From positions 79,050,001 to 79,114,000 of the forward strand of contig NC_042998.1 in assembly GCF_006345805.1 (NCBI RefSeq): DNA of 64,000 bases, in the 5' to 3' direction. Both the position numbers and the translations under genes were made by a program. Positions 26,960 through 40,059 of this stretch are shown in pieces; position 1 is the first letter of the stretch, and each line of letters starts with the position of its first letter. This DNA comes from Octopus sinensis (lineage: Eukaryota). Under the pieces are notes generated by a model, which saw only the letters and a list, made by a program, of their open reading frames with translations, was not told where the DNA came from and did no database searches.

Positions 26960-27470
26960 TAGTTGGAGGAGAAAGTGGAGGAGGAAGTACGTCTGCCAAT
27001 GATATTTACAGACCATATCAGACTAGTGCAGTTGATGCACTTGATATTCTGCATGAACTTTTATGGGCAGATGCCTGCAGGGAAAAAGCAAATAAAGAGA
27101 GAGAGAGAGAGAATACCAGAGGAGTACATTTCTGTGGATTGGTCAAAGAAATTTGTGTGCAAGTTTCTATGAGTCACTTAGAGATGATGCACTGAGTGTG
27201 GGGAGCATTCAGTGTATTTTAACAGAAACGGTATGTGCCTTGGTAGTTCAAAGAAGCAGAATTTGTAGTATTTACAGTAAAGAGAAAGAAATAATACACA
27301 TGTTTATAGCCATGTAATGGAGAAATCTATTGCAATAAACTAAACTACCTTTTTGTATGAGATCTTAGATGTTTGTGTGCATAGCAGCAGTGTCATCCTG
27401 GATATGTGAGCCATATTCAAATGTGTGTCTACTTGAATTTTATAATGGGTCCACAACTGAAATAAGATGA
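26960..27470 (+). mobile_element. Decayed R4/Dong-like non-LTR retrotransposon (post-RT, CCHC region)
   Basis: Frame-shifted translation FYGQMP...STFLWIGQRNL...LRDDALSVGSIQCIL...CSIYSKEKEIIHMFIAC resembles recalled R4/Dong pattern HGQ...WxWLxKGxL...AQDQALxTNxIK...CRxCxxxxETxxHIxSGC. Confidence 0.45.
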
Positions 27471-27599
27471 AATATTTTCTGGCCCATAAACTGATTATTG
27501 TTGATGGTAGAAGTACAGCTTTGTCATGTCTTTGTTTGTGACCCCTGTATGCTTAAATTTCATCTGTATAGAAGTGTATACAGTTGTGACAGTATGTCT

Positions 27600-27784
27600 G
27601 CTCTTAAAAGTCTACCTTTTTATGAGAAAATCCAGCCTCTCACACCTACCCTATAATGTTATTCTAAAAACTAAGCAACCATGGCACTGATATCTCAAAG
27701 TTATAAGATAATGCATGATTAATTCAAAACAAAGTGAATAAATAAGCATTACATTTGACAGTGATCTGAATATTAAAGGGTCAA
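27600..27784 (-). mobile_element. piggyBac-type MITE, partial
   Basis: ctcacacctaccctataatgttattctaaaaa...gaataaataagcattacatttgacag...taaagggtcaa. Confidence 0.6.
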
Positions 27785-28362
27785 GGATATTTATGTCAAC
27801 AGTTTTCTCCCTGAAATCATCCAGTCATCCATCTCACTGACTCAATACGTATAACTCAGTTTAGTTCTGGTGTTCCAAAACAACTAACAAATCAGAGTCT
27901 TACTAATTCAATATTTGCTAACCTTAGTAACAATATACTTCAGTTGTGATACATCTAAGTCATCGAAGTGGATGACCAATGTCTTTTTATTAGACAAATC
28001 TCTCCACTTCAGTATCACATTTCTAAAATTGTTAAGTTCATCTGCAAGTTGACTGCATCAACATGAGAAAGTTATCCTCAAGACCATCAGGAAAGCAAAC
28101 GATGACCTCATCAATCACACAGCTTGCTAGCTATTTTAGCTCTAAAATTGCAGCAATTCCTGACCATTTGAGAAGGTATTCTCTCTTAAATTTTCAGATT
28201 CCTCCTATTTTCCAACTATTATGGATATGTAATTAGAACTCCTGTAGATTAAGCCACTACACTAGCCACTTCTAATCTGATACTGTTGCATTCACACAAC
28301 AAAATTTCCCCCAATTTACTAAGTGATTACCACAAACCAATGTGGCTACCAAGCTTCATATT

Positions 28363-28592
28363 CTTATTTCTTTATTGTCCACAAGGGGCTAAGCATAGAG
28401 GGGACAAACAAGGACAGACAAAGGGATTAAGTCGATTACATCGACCCCAGTGCATAACTGGTATTTAATTTATCGACCCCAAAAGGATGAAAGGCAAAGT
28501 CGACCTCGGCGGAATTTGAACTCAGAACATAACAGTAGATGAAATACTGCTATGCATTTCGTTCAGCGCGCTAACGTTTCTGCCAGCTCTCC
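28363..28592 (-). mobile_element. SINE family A head with a different 3' end
   Basis: gtcgattacatcgaccccag...aaaggcaaagtcgacctcggcggaatttgaactcagaac...ctgccagctc; 3' end ...ctatgcttagccccttgtggacaataaagaaataag unlike 24320 copy. Confidence 0.8.
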
Positions 28593-29660
28593 AAAGTTAT
28601 CTTCAATGTGAATTACAGACGTCACACAGCTTTTAAGTCTCTCCATAGAGATGTATCCCATTCCCAATGATTCTAACCCTGCCATTCTATTGCCTTCAGA
28701 GGTGATGGAAATGGCCATAAACAAGCCATTAATGCTTTGAGTTTATTTTTGTTTTCACTGACCATCAGCATAGATTCTATAAGAGCAGATCTGCCCAGGA
28801 TTTTCTCTCATATGTTACAAACCTATGGTCTGATAACCCTGGTAGTTTATTATGGGTGCAAAACAAAATACTCTGCCCTTGCCAACAATTTAATTAGTAA
28901 AAGGAGAAAGTAAGCAGTAACTGTGCTGCAAAAAAACATGGGGAGAAATGAGAAATAACCAACCAGAGAGTGTGACAGGCAGCTAGTAAGACAATGAAAT
29001 ATTGGAAAGGGATTAGAAAATGAATGAAAATGGAAAAAAGAGGAGAGGTGGAAAAAGAAGATCTATAATAGAGGGGGAAATAGATAATGTAAGAAAATAG
29101 CAGAAGTATAGAGAATGATACCAAAAAGATGGACAAAAATTAGTAGATTTTAAGAGAAAAGATAAGGAACTATATATATATATGCATATATATATATATA
29201 TATGTGTGTGTGTGTATGGAGTGAGAGTGTGAGGGAAATGAAATTAAGAAATTACTTTACCAATACACAATTGGTAATTTCAAGCCAAATACACAAATTC
29301 CCACTCACAGCAAAATTGCTCGACTTAAAAATTATAGATAGACAAAATTTATCTCAGACAAAGTCAATTCTCAATGTGAATTGGAAAGTAGTATTACTGA
29401 AGAATGAAAAAAATATAGCTGAATATAGACAGTACAATTTTAGTTCGTCTAAGATATTTAATTACTGTGAGTGCATAAGGACTCAATAAATATGTGATAT
29501 GAAGTATGTCTGTGAATGAAACAAATAAAATGACTGAATCTTAAATATATCGCCCAAAGGAATTTGGAATATTTACAAATAAGGACATTAAATGATGATG
29601 ATGATGAAGAGCTATACATACATACACATGTTGGATAAATATAATGATATATATATATAC

Positions 29661-29691
<31 letters not shown>

Positions 29692-30026
29692 TGCATGGAT
29701 ATTTTTATTCTTTTAAGCATTTCAGAACAAAGACTGTGGCCATGGAGAAGCACTGCCAGTGGAAAAGACTTTTGGCCAGTATGGGGTACAAAACCATGAC
29801 ATTCGTGTTATATATATATATATGTGTGTGTGTGTATACACACACACACACACACTCATACATATATACATACATACACACACATCCATATCTATGGATA
29901 TAGTGATATGTTTTGTGTTTTTCAATTTGTATATGATCAAATCAAATATAAACATACTAGACCATCAACTGAAGGGTCAGTTGATGCATTTAAGTAGAAT
30001 ATCTAACTTACTTTTACAAGGAAACG

Positions 30027-30110
30027 ATTGACAGTGACTGCAAAGTTTCGTCACATACCAGCTTCATCAGATTGACAAAGCAAGCACAGCGAAACTATAG
30101 TTACTGTCAA
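30027..30110 (-). ncRNA. Decayed hammerhead-ribozyme-like motif(s), probably Penelope-derived
   Basis: Minus strand: CTGATGA agctggtatgtgac GAAAC tttgca GTC actgtcaa; plus strand carries a second 3' half gc GAAAC tata GTT actgtcaa; stems I/II imperfect. Confidence 0.4.
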
Positions 30111-30164
30111 CCTTTACATGTGTATGTGTGTGCACGATTGTTTTGTTGTTAGCGTATTGAGCTC

Positions 30165-30410
30165 ATGATCAAAAGGTATTTATTTCAAATCTAAGATCAG
30201 GTTGTGCATTGTGTTTCAGCATAAATACTTCATTTCACATTGTTCTGGTCCACTCAGCTGAGATTAAGTTCCAGCAACAACTGGGGATTAAACCTGTGAC
30301 TTACTGATAGCCCATTCAAGGGGTTGTATTATGGTCTCTGTTACCATAGAAACCTGGAAAAGCTTTCACCTCATGGACCTGTAGGTTTGTGACTTAAGAC
30401 CCCAGGTATA
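30165..30410 (+). mobile_element. Decayed SINE (family D-like core)
   Basis: acttcatttcacattgttctggtccactcagctg core shared with 40150-40190. Confidence 0.5.
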
Positions 30411-30469
30411 CAGGTATGTGTGGAGGGGGGTATATTAGTATGCATGTATGTGTATCTCTAATGAAACTG

Positions 30470-30715
30470 ATGGGCTCTCAAGCTGTTGTCATCTCCACTT
30501 TTATATACAGTAATGAAACAGACACTTTGTCAGGACAGCAAAAATCTGTAGTATTCCATCAACAAGAACTTTTCTCCATCTTAAACATCAAATGGGAGGA
30601 CTACATCACCAGCAATGCTGTGCTAAAAAAACCCAACAACTGAAGCATAGAAGCAACCATTGTCCAACCATTGCAGGCAAAACCCCAGCCTTGATGGTTA
30701 GGACATATATCAGTA
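30470..30715 (+). mobile_element. Decayed RTE/BovB-like LINE fragment
   Basis: STFIYSNET...FHQQELFSILNIKWEDYITSNAVL...WLGH resembles LYGSETW...FHLRCLRKILRIKWQNHIPNKDVL...WLGH at 49825-50679. Confidence 0.6.
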
Positions 30716-31564
30716 GCATAGCTTGAGCAAGTGGGTAATGCATCCCAGGTGACACTTTTATGGGGGTAGCAATTTGGGGTTTTCTGTATAAGCATATATA
30801 GTGTGGGGGCCCAGGGAAGAGGGGGTAGGAACTTGAGGGCTACTTCTAGGTATGCCACTGACGTGGTTCGAATGAAAGAAGTGGGATTTCTTCATCTTCA
30901 TTGACTTAACCACCAGGAAAAGACCTTAAAGATGTCCTTCCTGTCATTACAAGGAACGGTTAAGATCAACCAGGATAACAGGAATTAAGACATGGGAAAA
31001 TGAAACCTAGAACTAAAATTAAAAAATATTTTTGTTGTTTTTGTAAAATCTCAGAAAATAATTAAAAATTCACATTTTTTATCAAATTTCAACTGGTATC
31101 ACTCCACAGGAAAACAAAAGTTTTAGAACATTGTAAAGAATGCAAGATGCAACAACAACGTTCTCCCTCTTCTCTTTTTTGCCATCTTGTTCTCATCTGT
31201 TTTACACAATGATTGGCCTTCTCAGTCATCAATGCAATCAACACAGAAAAACTACTTGATCAGAAGGGAATTGAAATTCTCAGTCATGAAAAGCAGCCGA
31301 CAATATCTCTATAAATTTATTCAGTTTATATACATCATCTCTCTCTAAAAGAAAGTGTGAGAAGACTGCCTGTATCTCATGTATTGAAAAGCATAAAACC
31401 TATGTTATTCACTTGCATACGTATGCGCACCTGCACTGTCATGCTTGATCCTACTTGTCACTTTCCTTGTCTTTATTACTAATAGACAACCTGTCACATT
31501 CTTTTGTTTCCTTATCTCCTCCTCTTTCACCTGAGATCATGAAGAAATCTGTGAGAGAGTTGAA

Positions 31565-31619
<55 letters not shown>

Positions 31620-32479
31620 CAGCATTTCAAATTTTCTGAAAGTGAAACAGTACTATAATGCTTTTATTATGAAACACACATTAATTTCCTTCTCTTCGTT
31701 ACATACAGTGCAGCCTTATTTTCATTACATTTCAGAATTTACATAGTAAAATCTGCAATCAAAGTAGACAGACTTAATGTAAACACTGTTTAAGATGATA
31801 TGATGTCCATTACATTTTACCATAACAGGTAAAATATAATGTACATTGAATACCAATACATGATTTTAGTAAAGGTCTTTATATAATCATCCATGTATAT
31901 AAATATACATTATTTGCATTTGCACTTACATTTTTATCTCCAAACATTGAAACTGAGAGGCAGGTGCAACAAAAATATAAGGTGGGAGTGTAGAAGAGCG
32001 ACAGGGTAAAGAGTGGTGTTCTGCTTGATCAGAAAAGACTTGTAGCTTAAAAACAATCAAACAAAGGAGCCAACTATGTAGTTTGTCAACCTGCTAGAAA
32101 TCATAGCAAAATCTCCCTCAAAGCAAATGTTTGGTGGAATATGATGTCAGTTAAGAAAAGTGATATAATTACAGAAACTTGCAAGAAAACACACACACAT
32201 ACACTCGCACACATAATACATACATACATACATACCTACATGCATACACATGCATTATATTTTAACAAGAAATGGAGTGACATTGACTTCGAAGTTTCAG
32301 CTTACTAGTCTTCAGGAGGTTAAAACTCTGAAATCTCTGCTGTGCACCCTGTAAAAGTACAATAAATATGCATGTGCTCTACAAAATAATATTGTGTGCT
32401 TCTTCAGGTGAATGTTATATTCTTTTAATTTTAACAAGTAAATACAAGCATATATATATATATATATATATACATATAC

Positions 32480-32696
32480 TTTTACTCTTTTACATATTTC
32501 AGTCATTTGACTGTGGCCATGCTGGAGCACTGCCTTTAGTCAAAGAAATCGAGCCCAGGGCTTGTTCTTTGTAAGCCTAGTACTTATTCTATCAGTTTAT
32601 TTTGTTGAACCACTAAGTTACAGGAATGTAAACACACCAACATCAGTTGTCAAGCAATGGGGGAGGGGTGACAAACACTGACACACACAAACATAA

Positions 32697-32736
<40 letters not shown>

Positions 32737-32900
32737 GCAACAGGCTTCTTTCAGTTTCTGTCTACCAAATCCACTCACAAGGCTTTGGTTGGCCCGAGGC
32801 TATAGTAGAAGACACTTGTCCAAGGTGCCATGCAGTGGTATTGAACCTGGAGCCATGTGGTTAGGAAGCAAGCTTCTTACTACACAGCCACACCTGTGCC
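32480..32900 (-). mobile_element. tRNA-derived SINE family B, full length, CR1-type tail
   Basis: Reverse complement of 53662-54070; tail ggcagtgctccagcatggccacagtcaaatgactgaaa. Confidence 0.88.
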
Positions 32901-32903
32901 TAA

Positions 32904-33413
32904 TATGTATCTTTTAAATTTGTTTATGGGAAACGTTTTGAATATACAAATAAAGCTCCTATTCTATTATGCCAGCCACAGTTTAATAATGCTGACTGGT
33001 GAACCAGATTTTTAGGATTGCATGCTTAACCTTCAGACTGGTAAAAATGGATAAACATCCCTCTGTTGTACATCCATTAATGTTGTATCACCTGAAGAAA
33101 TGAATCCATAAAGATGATCAACCTGATGCCCAAGGATGGTAATGACTGCTCTGTAATCATCCCAGGAATAGGGTTGAGATCTTAAGGGACATGTAATTTA
33201 TGGAAATGTGCACAGTGATGCATTAAATGCTCATAAATTCCATCCGAGGATTATTGCTATTATATTTATCCTACATTATATCAGTAAAGCTTGATGCAAC
33301 CTCGAAAAAACTGGTTCACCAGTCAGCATCATTAGAAAGTGACTGACATAATAGAACAGGAGCTTTTGTATGTTCGAAACATTTCCTATAAACAAATCTA
33401 AAATATAGACATA
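32904..33413. mobile_element. Degenerate MITE with ~120-bp terminal inverted repeats
   Basis: aaatttgtttatgggaaacgttttgaatatac...gctgactggtgaaccag vs ctggttcaccagtcagc...gtatgttcgaaacatttcctataaacaaatct (~80% by eye). Confidence 0.75.
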
Positions 33414-34499
33414 CTGACAGGAGGGTATGTGGATTACTAGCCTAATAACAGGTCTACAAGCATTAGAGAGCTGATGTCAGCTTGTTATTAACCTGTTTTC
33501 ATAGCTAGTATTAAAAGAAGAGAAGAAAAATATACTTCTACAGCCCCACACAGACACACATCTACACACCACATAGCTAAAGATAAATGCACATTTAAAC
33601 ATGCATACAGAACCATGTTTACACGCAAACAAATATACACATCATATGAATAAATAATGAGCACAAATATTAAAACATATTACTATCTTATAAAAAAAAT
33701 GAAATGACAAGAGAATAATGTAATTTGTGTGTGTGTGCATGTGTGCGTGCATGCTAAAAGATGGGCTGGTCACACCTGGAATGCCTTTGATCATAGGTTT
33801 GCTTGATGAGGTAAAACAACCAAAGAGAATCTTTACATTGATGCACAACCTACTAGATATAGCAACCAAATTTCTTGAAACAAATGTGAGAATATATGAC
33901 AAAGAAAAGACATAACTGATTAGAAAAGTGTATAATTGCAGAAAAACATAAAAACATGTGTGATGTGTGTGTGTATACATACATATATATATATATATAT
34001 ATGCATCAGGCATTGTATGTGTGGAGAGAGAGACTTCCCAGTATCCGTCCATAAGAGTTATTATGTATGTAAGTACATATATATATATGACTTAGTTATA
34101 GGATTCAAAAGAAGCAAGGCACATTTGCATATTTTATATATGTGTGTGTGTATGTAAATGAGTAGGTATGTGTGCATATGTATACATACATGAATGAATG
34201 AATGCATGTGTGTATTAAAGCGCTGATGAGGAAGGCATAAATGTAATGATAACGATGTTGATATTGATGCTGGTTATTTTATAGTAACAATATGGCTGGT
34301 TGACATAAGAATGATATTCTTTTTGTTGATGTGGATGGTGATGATTATGGTATAATCATGATTTGAAAGGTCTAGTCTTGTTGATGATGATAATGACCAA
34401 TTTTGAGGGTAAGATGGAAAATGACTGTAGATATGTACAGGGATATAACCAATAGAGTTGCAGATAATAAAAGTGATGCTACTGATTAAAATAATGGTT

Positions 34500-34830
34500 T
34501 TATGAAAAGACATGACAGATGATGAAGGTATTTAGGATGGCTTTATGAAGGGGAATGCTCATCATTAGCAGTAATGAAAAGGTCCTGATGATGACAACAG
34601 CCATAGTTGGGTCTTGATGACAATGGCAGTTGAGAGGTTAATTGTGATAATGGCAATAACAACGATGGGTATGATGATTATATAAATGTGTGATGATGAA
34701 GATAATAAAAATAACAATACTGGTGATTGTGACAACATCAACAGTTGTGGTGGTGATTATATTGATTGCTCAATTGATGATGATGATAATGATGATGGTG
34801 AAAGAGATGATATAATACTGTAGAGTTGAT
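34500..34830. repeat. Low-complexity (GAT/GGT)-rich tract
   Basis: Degenerate trinucleotide repeats. Confidence 0.7.
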
Positions 34831-36120
34831 TTTCATGAAACTGCCCCTAATTTGAAGGTAAATATTATGGTAGGGAGAAGGAATGAAGGAGAAGGCACAG
34901 AAAGTTTCATGCTAAGCATTTTTATCAAGATTTATATGAAATTCAAATAACCTAAAATTCTCAAAAATATTCCCATATAATCTTGTGAGTACATCTTATG
35001 CTGTATGGGTAAAGAGGCACATGTGTGCATATATGCTTTCTCATGTTTATGAATATGTGTATCTTTCTATTCGTTGGTTCTGTTTCATTCATATGTGTCC
35101 GTTTAAGTATTTTCAGCTGTGCTTATGTGTATGTTTTCTATGTGTATCACTGAGCCTGTATGTGAAATATGTTAATTGGATCTGTACTTTGTGTGCATAT
35201 ATGTATCCTCATATAACTAATATGTATATGTATATGAGTGGATAGATAGATAAAGAGAAAGAGAGATGGATAAAAGTTTCATGTTTTTATGAATGTATAG
35301 CTATTTGTGTGTCTGTGGCAAGAACATGTTAGAGAAGAATTATTCAACAAACTAGCAGACACTAGTAAAAATCTTTATCTTCTTATAATACATTAGAGTA
35401 GCAAATGTCTTTATTGTAAACCATTATCATTTCACTAAATTCTTTAAAAGAATCTTACTCTTCTTCTTATCATCTTTTAAACCAAATTTACTTAAATGAC
35501 ATATTTTCATTAATTATTACTCAAATTTTAATGCATGTTACATCTGTGGTCAGTGCCTTTGTGTAGAAATACTCGGGTTTTAATCTGCAAACACAAGCCC
35601 AATTCTTGGCCATAGCCATTTAGCTTTGTGGAGTGTCAGTCTAAACTCTAAATAAATAACATCTTCAAACAGAAATTCAATTCTCAATTGTAGGCATTTC
35701 ATTAACATTTCACCTCCCTTCGGTTTACTTATATTAGTTCATATTTTTGGAGAAAGGCATGGATGTCATGCAATCAAATTTTCTTGCCTATATAAATCTG
35801 AAATTACTGCACATGCATAAGAAACTGTGTTGAAAGGTAGGTGGGAATGATAAGCATGACTTGAGGGAATTGGCTCACTTCAGCTAGCAGCTGTAAGTTG
35901 AAGAATACAGGTGGGTGACAGAATTTGCATTTGATAGTTAAGATAAAGCTGAGGCTGCAGGCTTCTGGGTCTTTTATTGGTTCTAGTTGGTGATCATCCT
36001 CATTGCTAGTTTCTATTTGTGTATGTTCTTCATTTTATTTGATTTCCATGTTTTACAAACTGTTCCTATTCCCTATGATATCCCTACCTCGTTACTTTTG
36101 AGACAATAATAAAGAAAAGT

Positions 36121-36610
36121 TTATTATTATTTTCATTATCATCATTATTATTCTGTAGCTTCTCAAGTCTTGGTGTTGTGTCCAGTTTAATTATGCTTTC
36201 TCTCAAGTCATACCTTGCAGTCTAAGAGTATTCCGTATCTGCTATATAAAAGTTTTTTTTGCTCTTCATACATGTTCTTACCTTGTATTGAAGACTTTCC
36301 AGATAATTCTCGCAGAACTTATTAAGCATATTTTCTGCATTACATCCACTCCCAGACTAAGAACAAGTTTTCCAAGGTTTTCTCTCAAATTCATAGTCAC
36401 TATTCTCAAAGTCCAAAATATAATTGGCAGGATCATGACCTTGTAAGCTTCTCTGTTACTGCACTTCAGGATTTCATCATTCAAGTCTATAGAATACTAT
36501 CCTTTTCTTTCTCCTTTCATTTTACTCTGATGTCTAATGGGTCTACTACCTCAATTACAATACATAGTTTCTTCTAATTGATCTGGATATCCAGCTTGTG
36601 TTCTCTTCTT
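36121..36610 (-). mobile_element. R4/Dong-like non-LTR retrotransposon 3' end (restriction-like endonuclease C-terminus, 3' UTR, (TAA)n tail)
   Basis: Minus translation IVIEVVDPLDIRVK*KEKEK...YKVMILPIIF..LRIVTMNLRENLGKL...MQKICLISSARIIWKVF resembles recalled IIDVAIPxDxRVxxKExEK...VIPIVIGALGxVTKNL...LQKxALLGTARILRKVL; ends in aataataatgatgataatgaaaataataataa. Confidence 0.62.
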
Positions 36611-36646
36611 CCTTTAATTTGTATTATTATTATTATTATTATTACT

Positions 36647-37110
36647 AAGGTAAGTAGCAGGCAAAATCATTAGCACATCAGGTAAAATGCTTGGCAGTAT
36701 TTCGTTCATTTTCATGTTCTGAGTTCAAATTTTGCTGAGGTCGACTTTGCCATTTGGGGGTCAATAAAATAAGTGCCAGTTAAGTCCTGGGGTTGATGTG
36801 ATCGACTATACCCCTACACACACAAAAAAAAATCAGGCCTTGTGCCTGTAGTAGAAAGGACTATTATTATTAGTATTATTACTAAGGTAGCAAGCTGGCA
36901 GCATCATTAGCCCATCAGGCAAAATGCTTGGTGGTATTTTGTCCGTCTTCACATTCTGAGTTCAAATTCTGCCTAGGTTGACTTTGCCTTTCATCCTTTC
37001 AGGGTTGATAAAATAAGTACCAGTTGAGTATTGGGGTTGATGTAATTGACTATCCCCCTCCTCCAAATTTCAGATCTTGTGCCTAGAGTAGATAGGATTA
37101 TTGTTATTGT
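36647..37110 (+). mobile_element. Two head-to-tail SINE family A copies (36647-36875, 36884-37110) joined by (ATT)n
   Basis: Both have aaggtag..agc(t/a)ggca..atcattagc...ttctgagttcaaatt...cttgtgcct..agtagaaagg/ataggatta. Confidence 0.85.
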
Positions 37111-39349
37111 TGTTGTTATTGTTAGTGGTAGTGTGAGGGCAGCATCACATTAAATACCTAATATTGTTTTGCTGCCTTTCTGTCAAGAGTCAACAATACA
37201 TTTAATCCTTCTGGGGTCAGTAAAATGAAGATCTGCCATGCAGTGAGGACACTCCAATAAACATTACCTCTTCCATATAATTTGTGGGGTTTCTCTTCTT
37301 CATCATTTTTATAATTGTTACTTCATGGTTGGGGACAAAAAATAGTGAAGATATGTTAGGAGTTAGGATTACATTCCTTACTATTGTGGTTTTTAAATAT
37401 TACCATGGACAACTTTCCTTTGAATTCAACAAAATGTAGAGCAAGAACATACATATGGTAATAGTGAAGATGTCAACCTGTAAATCAATTTTTGTTTCTT
37501 ATGATTTACTTTAGCTTGCTTGACTTATGTAGTTAATATCTTTGAAAAGTCATGATTGACACAAAATCTCATTTCTGTCTCAGCTCTAAATCTGATACAA
37601 AGTATGTAAAAAATTAGTGTATATACAGTAGATTATGATAAATCATGCATGACTGATAAAGAATATTTTCTTTTGCCATTTTAAATATTAAGCTGCATTT
37701 TTTGTTTGTGTGGTATTAAAATCATTTCTTTTCACTGGTGCAAAAATTGAAATACTGCAATCATGTCATGCATCACACCTGCCCGTAGTTCTTAACAGTC
37801 CTAGAAAAACTTGATTTTTCAATTGAAACTATTCTTCAAATCGAATTCAAAGAAGTTCTAGATAAGAAGAAAAGGCTTTGAATTTGAAATATTTCATTTG
37901 TAAAAGTTGTATACCTCTGACAAAATCCCCCATAATATTTAGACCATGTTTGTTCTAGGTTTGAATCACAAAAGTATCAGCTTTGCCTTCCATCTCTAGT
38001 CTTTTTGCAGTCATGTGCAAAATTGGGTTTCATCCCTCAACATTTCTAGTTCATATTTTGCTGAAAAAAAAAAATTTGCTTTCTGGTGTCAATACAATAA
38101 GTACTAATAATACATTGTAATCAGTTCAATCAACCTGATCCTTTTTGTTGCAGATATTGGTTTTGTGCTCTCTCTCAAATGAAGCATCTAGTTGAGTACT
38201 AGAGAGATAAGCTCAAGCTCTACCAATTCAATTCCTCAATTTAGCATCATTTTGTGGCTATTGTCATTTTCATTTCAGTTATATTGCATCTACTTTTGTG
38301 AAGGCATAAATATCACACAATTTTACAACTTATTTTATAGTTCAACCAATATAATCATACAAAAAAAAAAAAATAACCATACAAAATATAATCATACAAA
38401 AAAAAACAAACAATAACTATTTGGTTAAACAAATCCAGTTATGAGTAATGATATTTACTTTCAGAATTCTCTTTGTCTGCATTTACATTTTATATAAAAA
38501 ATGTGTTATTGATTCAGTCTCTAGTTTAATCCTCAAAGTAGATCTAAATTCAAATCTATATTTTTATTTTCACTGGGCATTTGGTATCTACAATTTATCT
38601 TCCCATACACTGAGGGAAACCATTATGCATTTAAATTTTAATTTTGAATACAAAATCTTTAAATATTTTTATACAGTACCATACAATGATGACAGGCTCC
38701 ACAGGAAATGAAGGTTGCAACATGGGAGCAGTTCCTGAATTAGTTCATTTTCATTTCAATTAATGTTCTGTATTTGCAATTTCCATTTGTAGTCAATAGC
38801 CTGAAGTGGGTTAAGCTCTTTTAGACTTATTTTTCTTTGATGATCTACATTAACGATAAACCGATCAATAATTTTCCTAATTGCCCTTTAAGAACTACAG
38901 GAAATTTTCAGTCCCACATATGTGCAAAAGTAACAGATTACCAATAAGCTCATAGGTCTTGAATTCATTTCAGTTATGTTTCATTATATCTCTGTATGTG
39001 ACATATAATTTTATCTGTCATCACTATATCTACAGAAACTGAGTGCCAGATATTCTATTGTTATCCCTTAAGAGAAAAGTCCATCATAACAAGAGTACAG
39101 CAAATTTCTTTCTCATCATCTACTCTACTTTCTTGCTTTTTGCTGATTACTAAAGTGCAAAGCAATTGTCCTGCTGAAACTCTGTAGTTGTTTTAAGAAT
39201 ATTCTTTAGTTTTGCACAACAAGTTGTGTAATAGTTGATGTCTTCTTCTATTTCCAACTGCAAAATTTTTAAAGAATAAGTTCTTATTCCATGCTGCTTG
39301 GCTACTACAGTTGAAGGGAAGAATTAATGACAGCAACAACAATAACAAT

Positions 39350-39780
39350 AATAACAGTTTCTGATTTAGACACAAGGCCAGCAAATTTGAAGGGAGGGGT
39401 TAGTGAATACCATTGACCCCAGTATTTGACTGGTACTTTATTTTATCACTCTTGAAAGGATGAGAAGCAAGTTGGCTTCAGTGGAATTTGAACTCAGAAC
39501 ATAAAGAGCCATTTTTTTTTCCAATGCTCTAATCTACCAATTCAACACTCTAAATAATGGATTCTAATTTAGTACAAGGCCACAGTTTTAATGGGAGGAG
39601 TTAAGTCGATACTGTTGGCCCCAGTACTTGAGTGGTTCTCTATTTTATCAACTCCAGATGAATGAAAGGTAAAGGTGACCTTGGTGGGAAATGAACTTGA
39701 AACATAAAGAGATGGAACAAATACTACAAAGCATTTTGTGAAAATGTTCTAACAGTACTGCCATTCCACTGCCATAAAAA
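39350..39780 (-). mobile_element. Two tandem decayed SINE family A copies
   Basis: cacaaggccagcaaatttgaagg...ggaatttgaactcagaac and tacaaggccacag...gaacttgaaac. Confidence 0.7.
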
Positions 39781-40059
39781 TTATTTCTAACAATGTCACA
39801 AGGTCAAAAATAGACAAATTTAAAATTCCAGTACTTGACAGATAAAGTGTCAAGCCTTGAAAGATGACATGCAAAATAGATTCTGGCAAAATTTGAAATG
39901 GATATAACTAAATGCTGCAAGTTATTTTGTTTTGCACTCCGCTTGTTCTGCAATACATCACTTATAAAAATACATACAATATCATCAGCCTTACTACTAT
40001 TAATATAACAGTTAATTTGGAGTAGTGGTGGGTATAGTGAGAGGTAACTGCAGTATGGT

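Noticed and set aside
28060-28760. Possible ancient L2 fragment split by the SINE at 28363
   Set aside because: Similarity (LASYFSSKIAAI; DPIP-like) too weak by eye
33727-33915. 62-aa ORF that looks protein-like (MLKDGLVTPGMPLIIG...)
   Set aside because: It is the reverse complement of interspersed repeat family F
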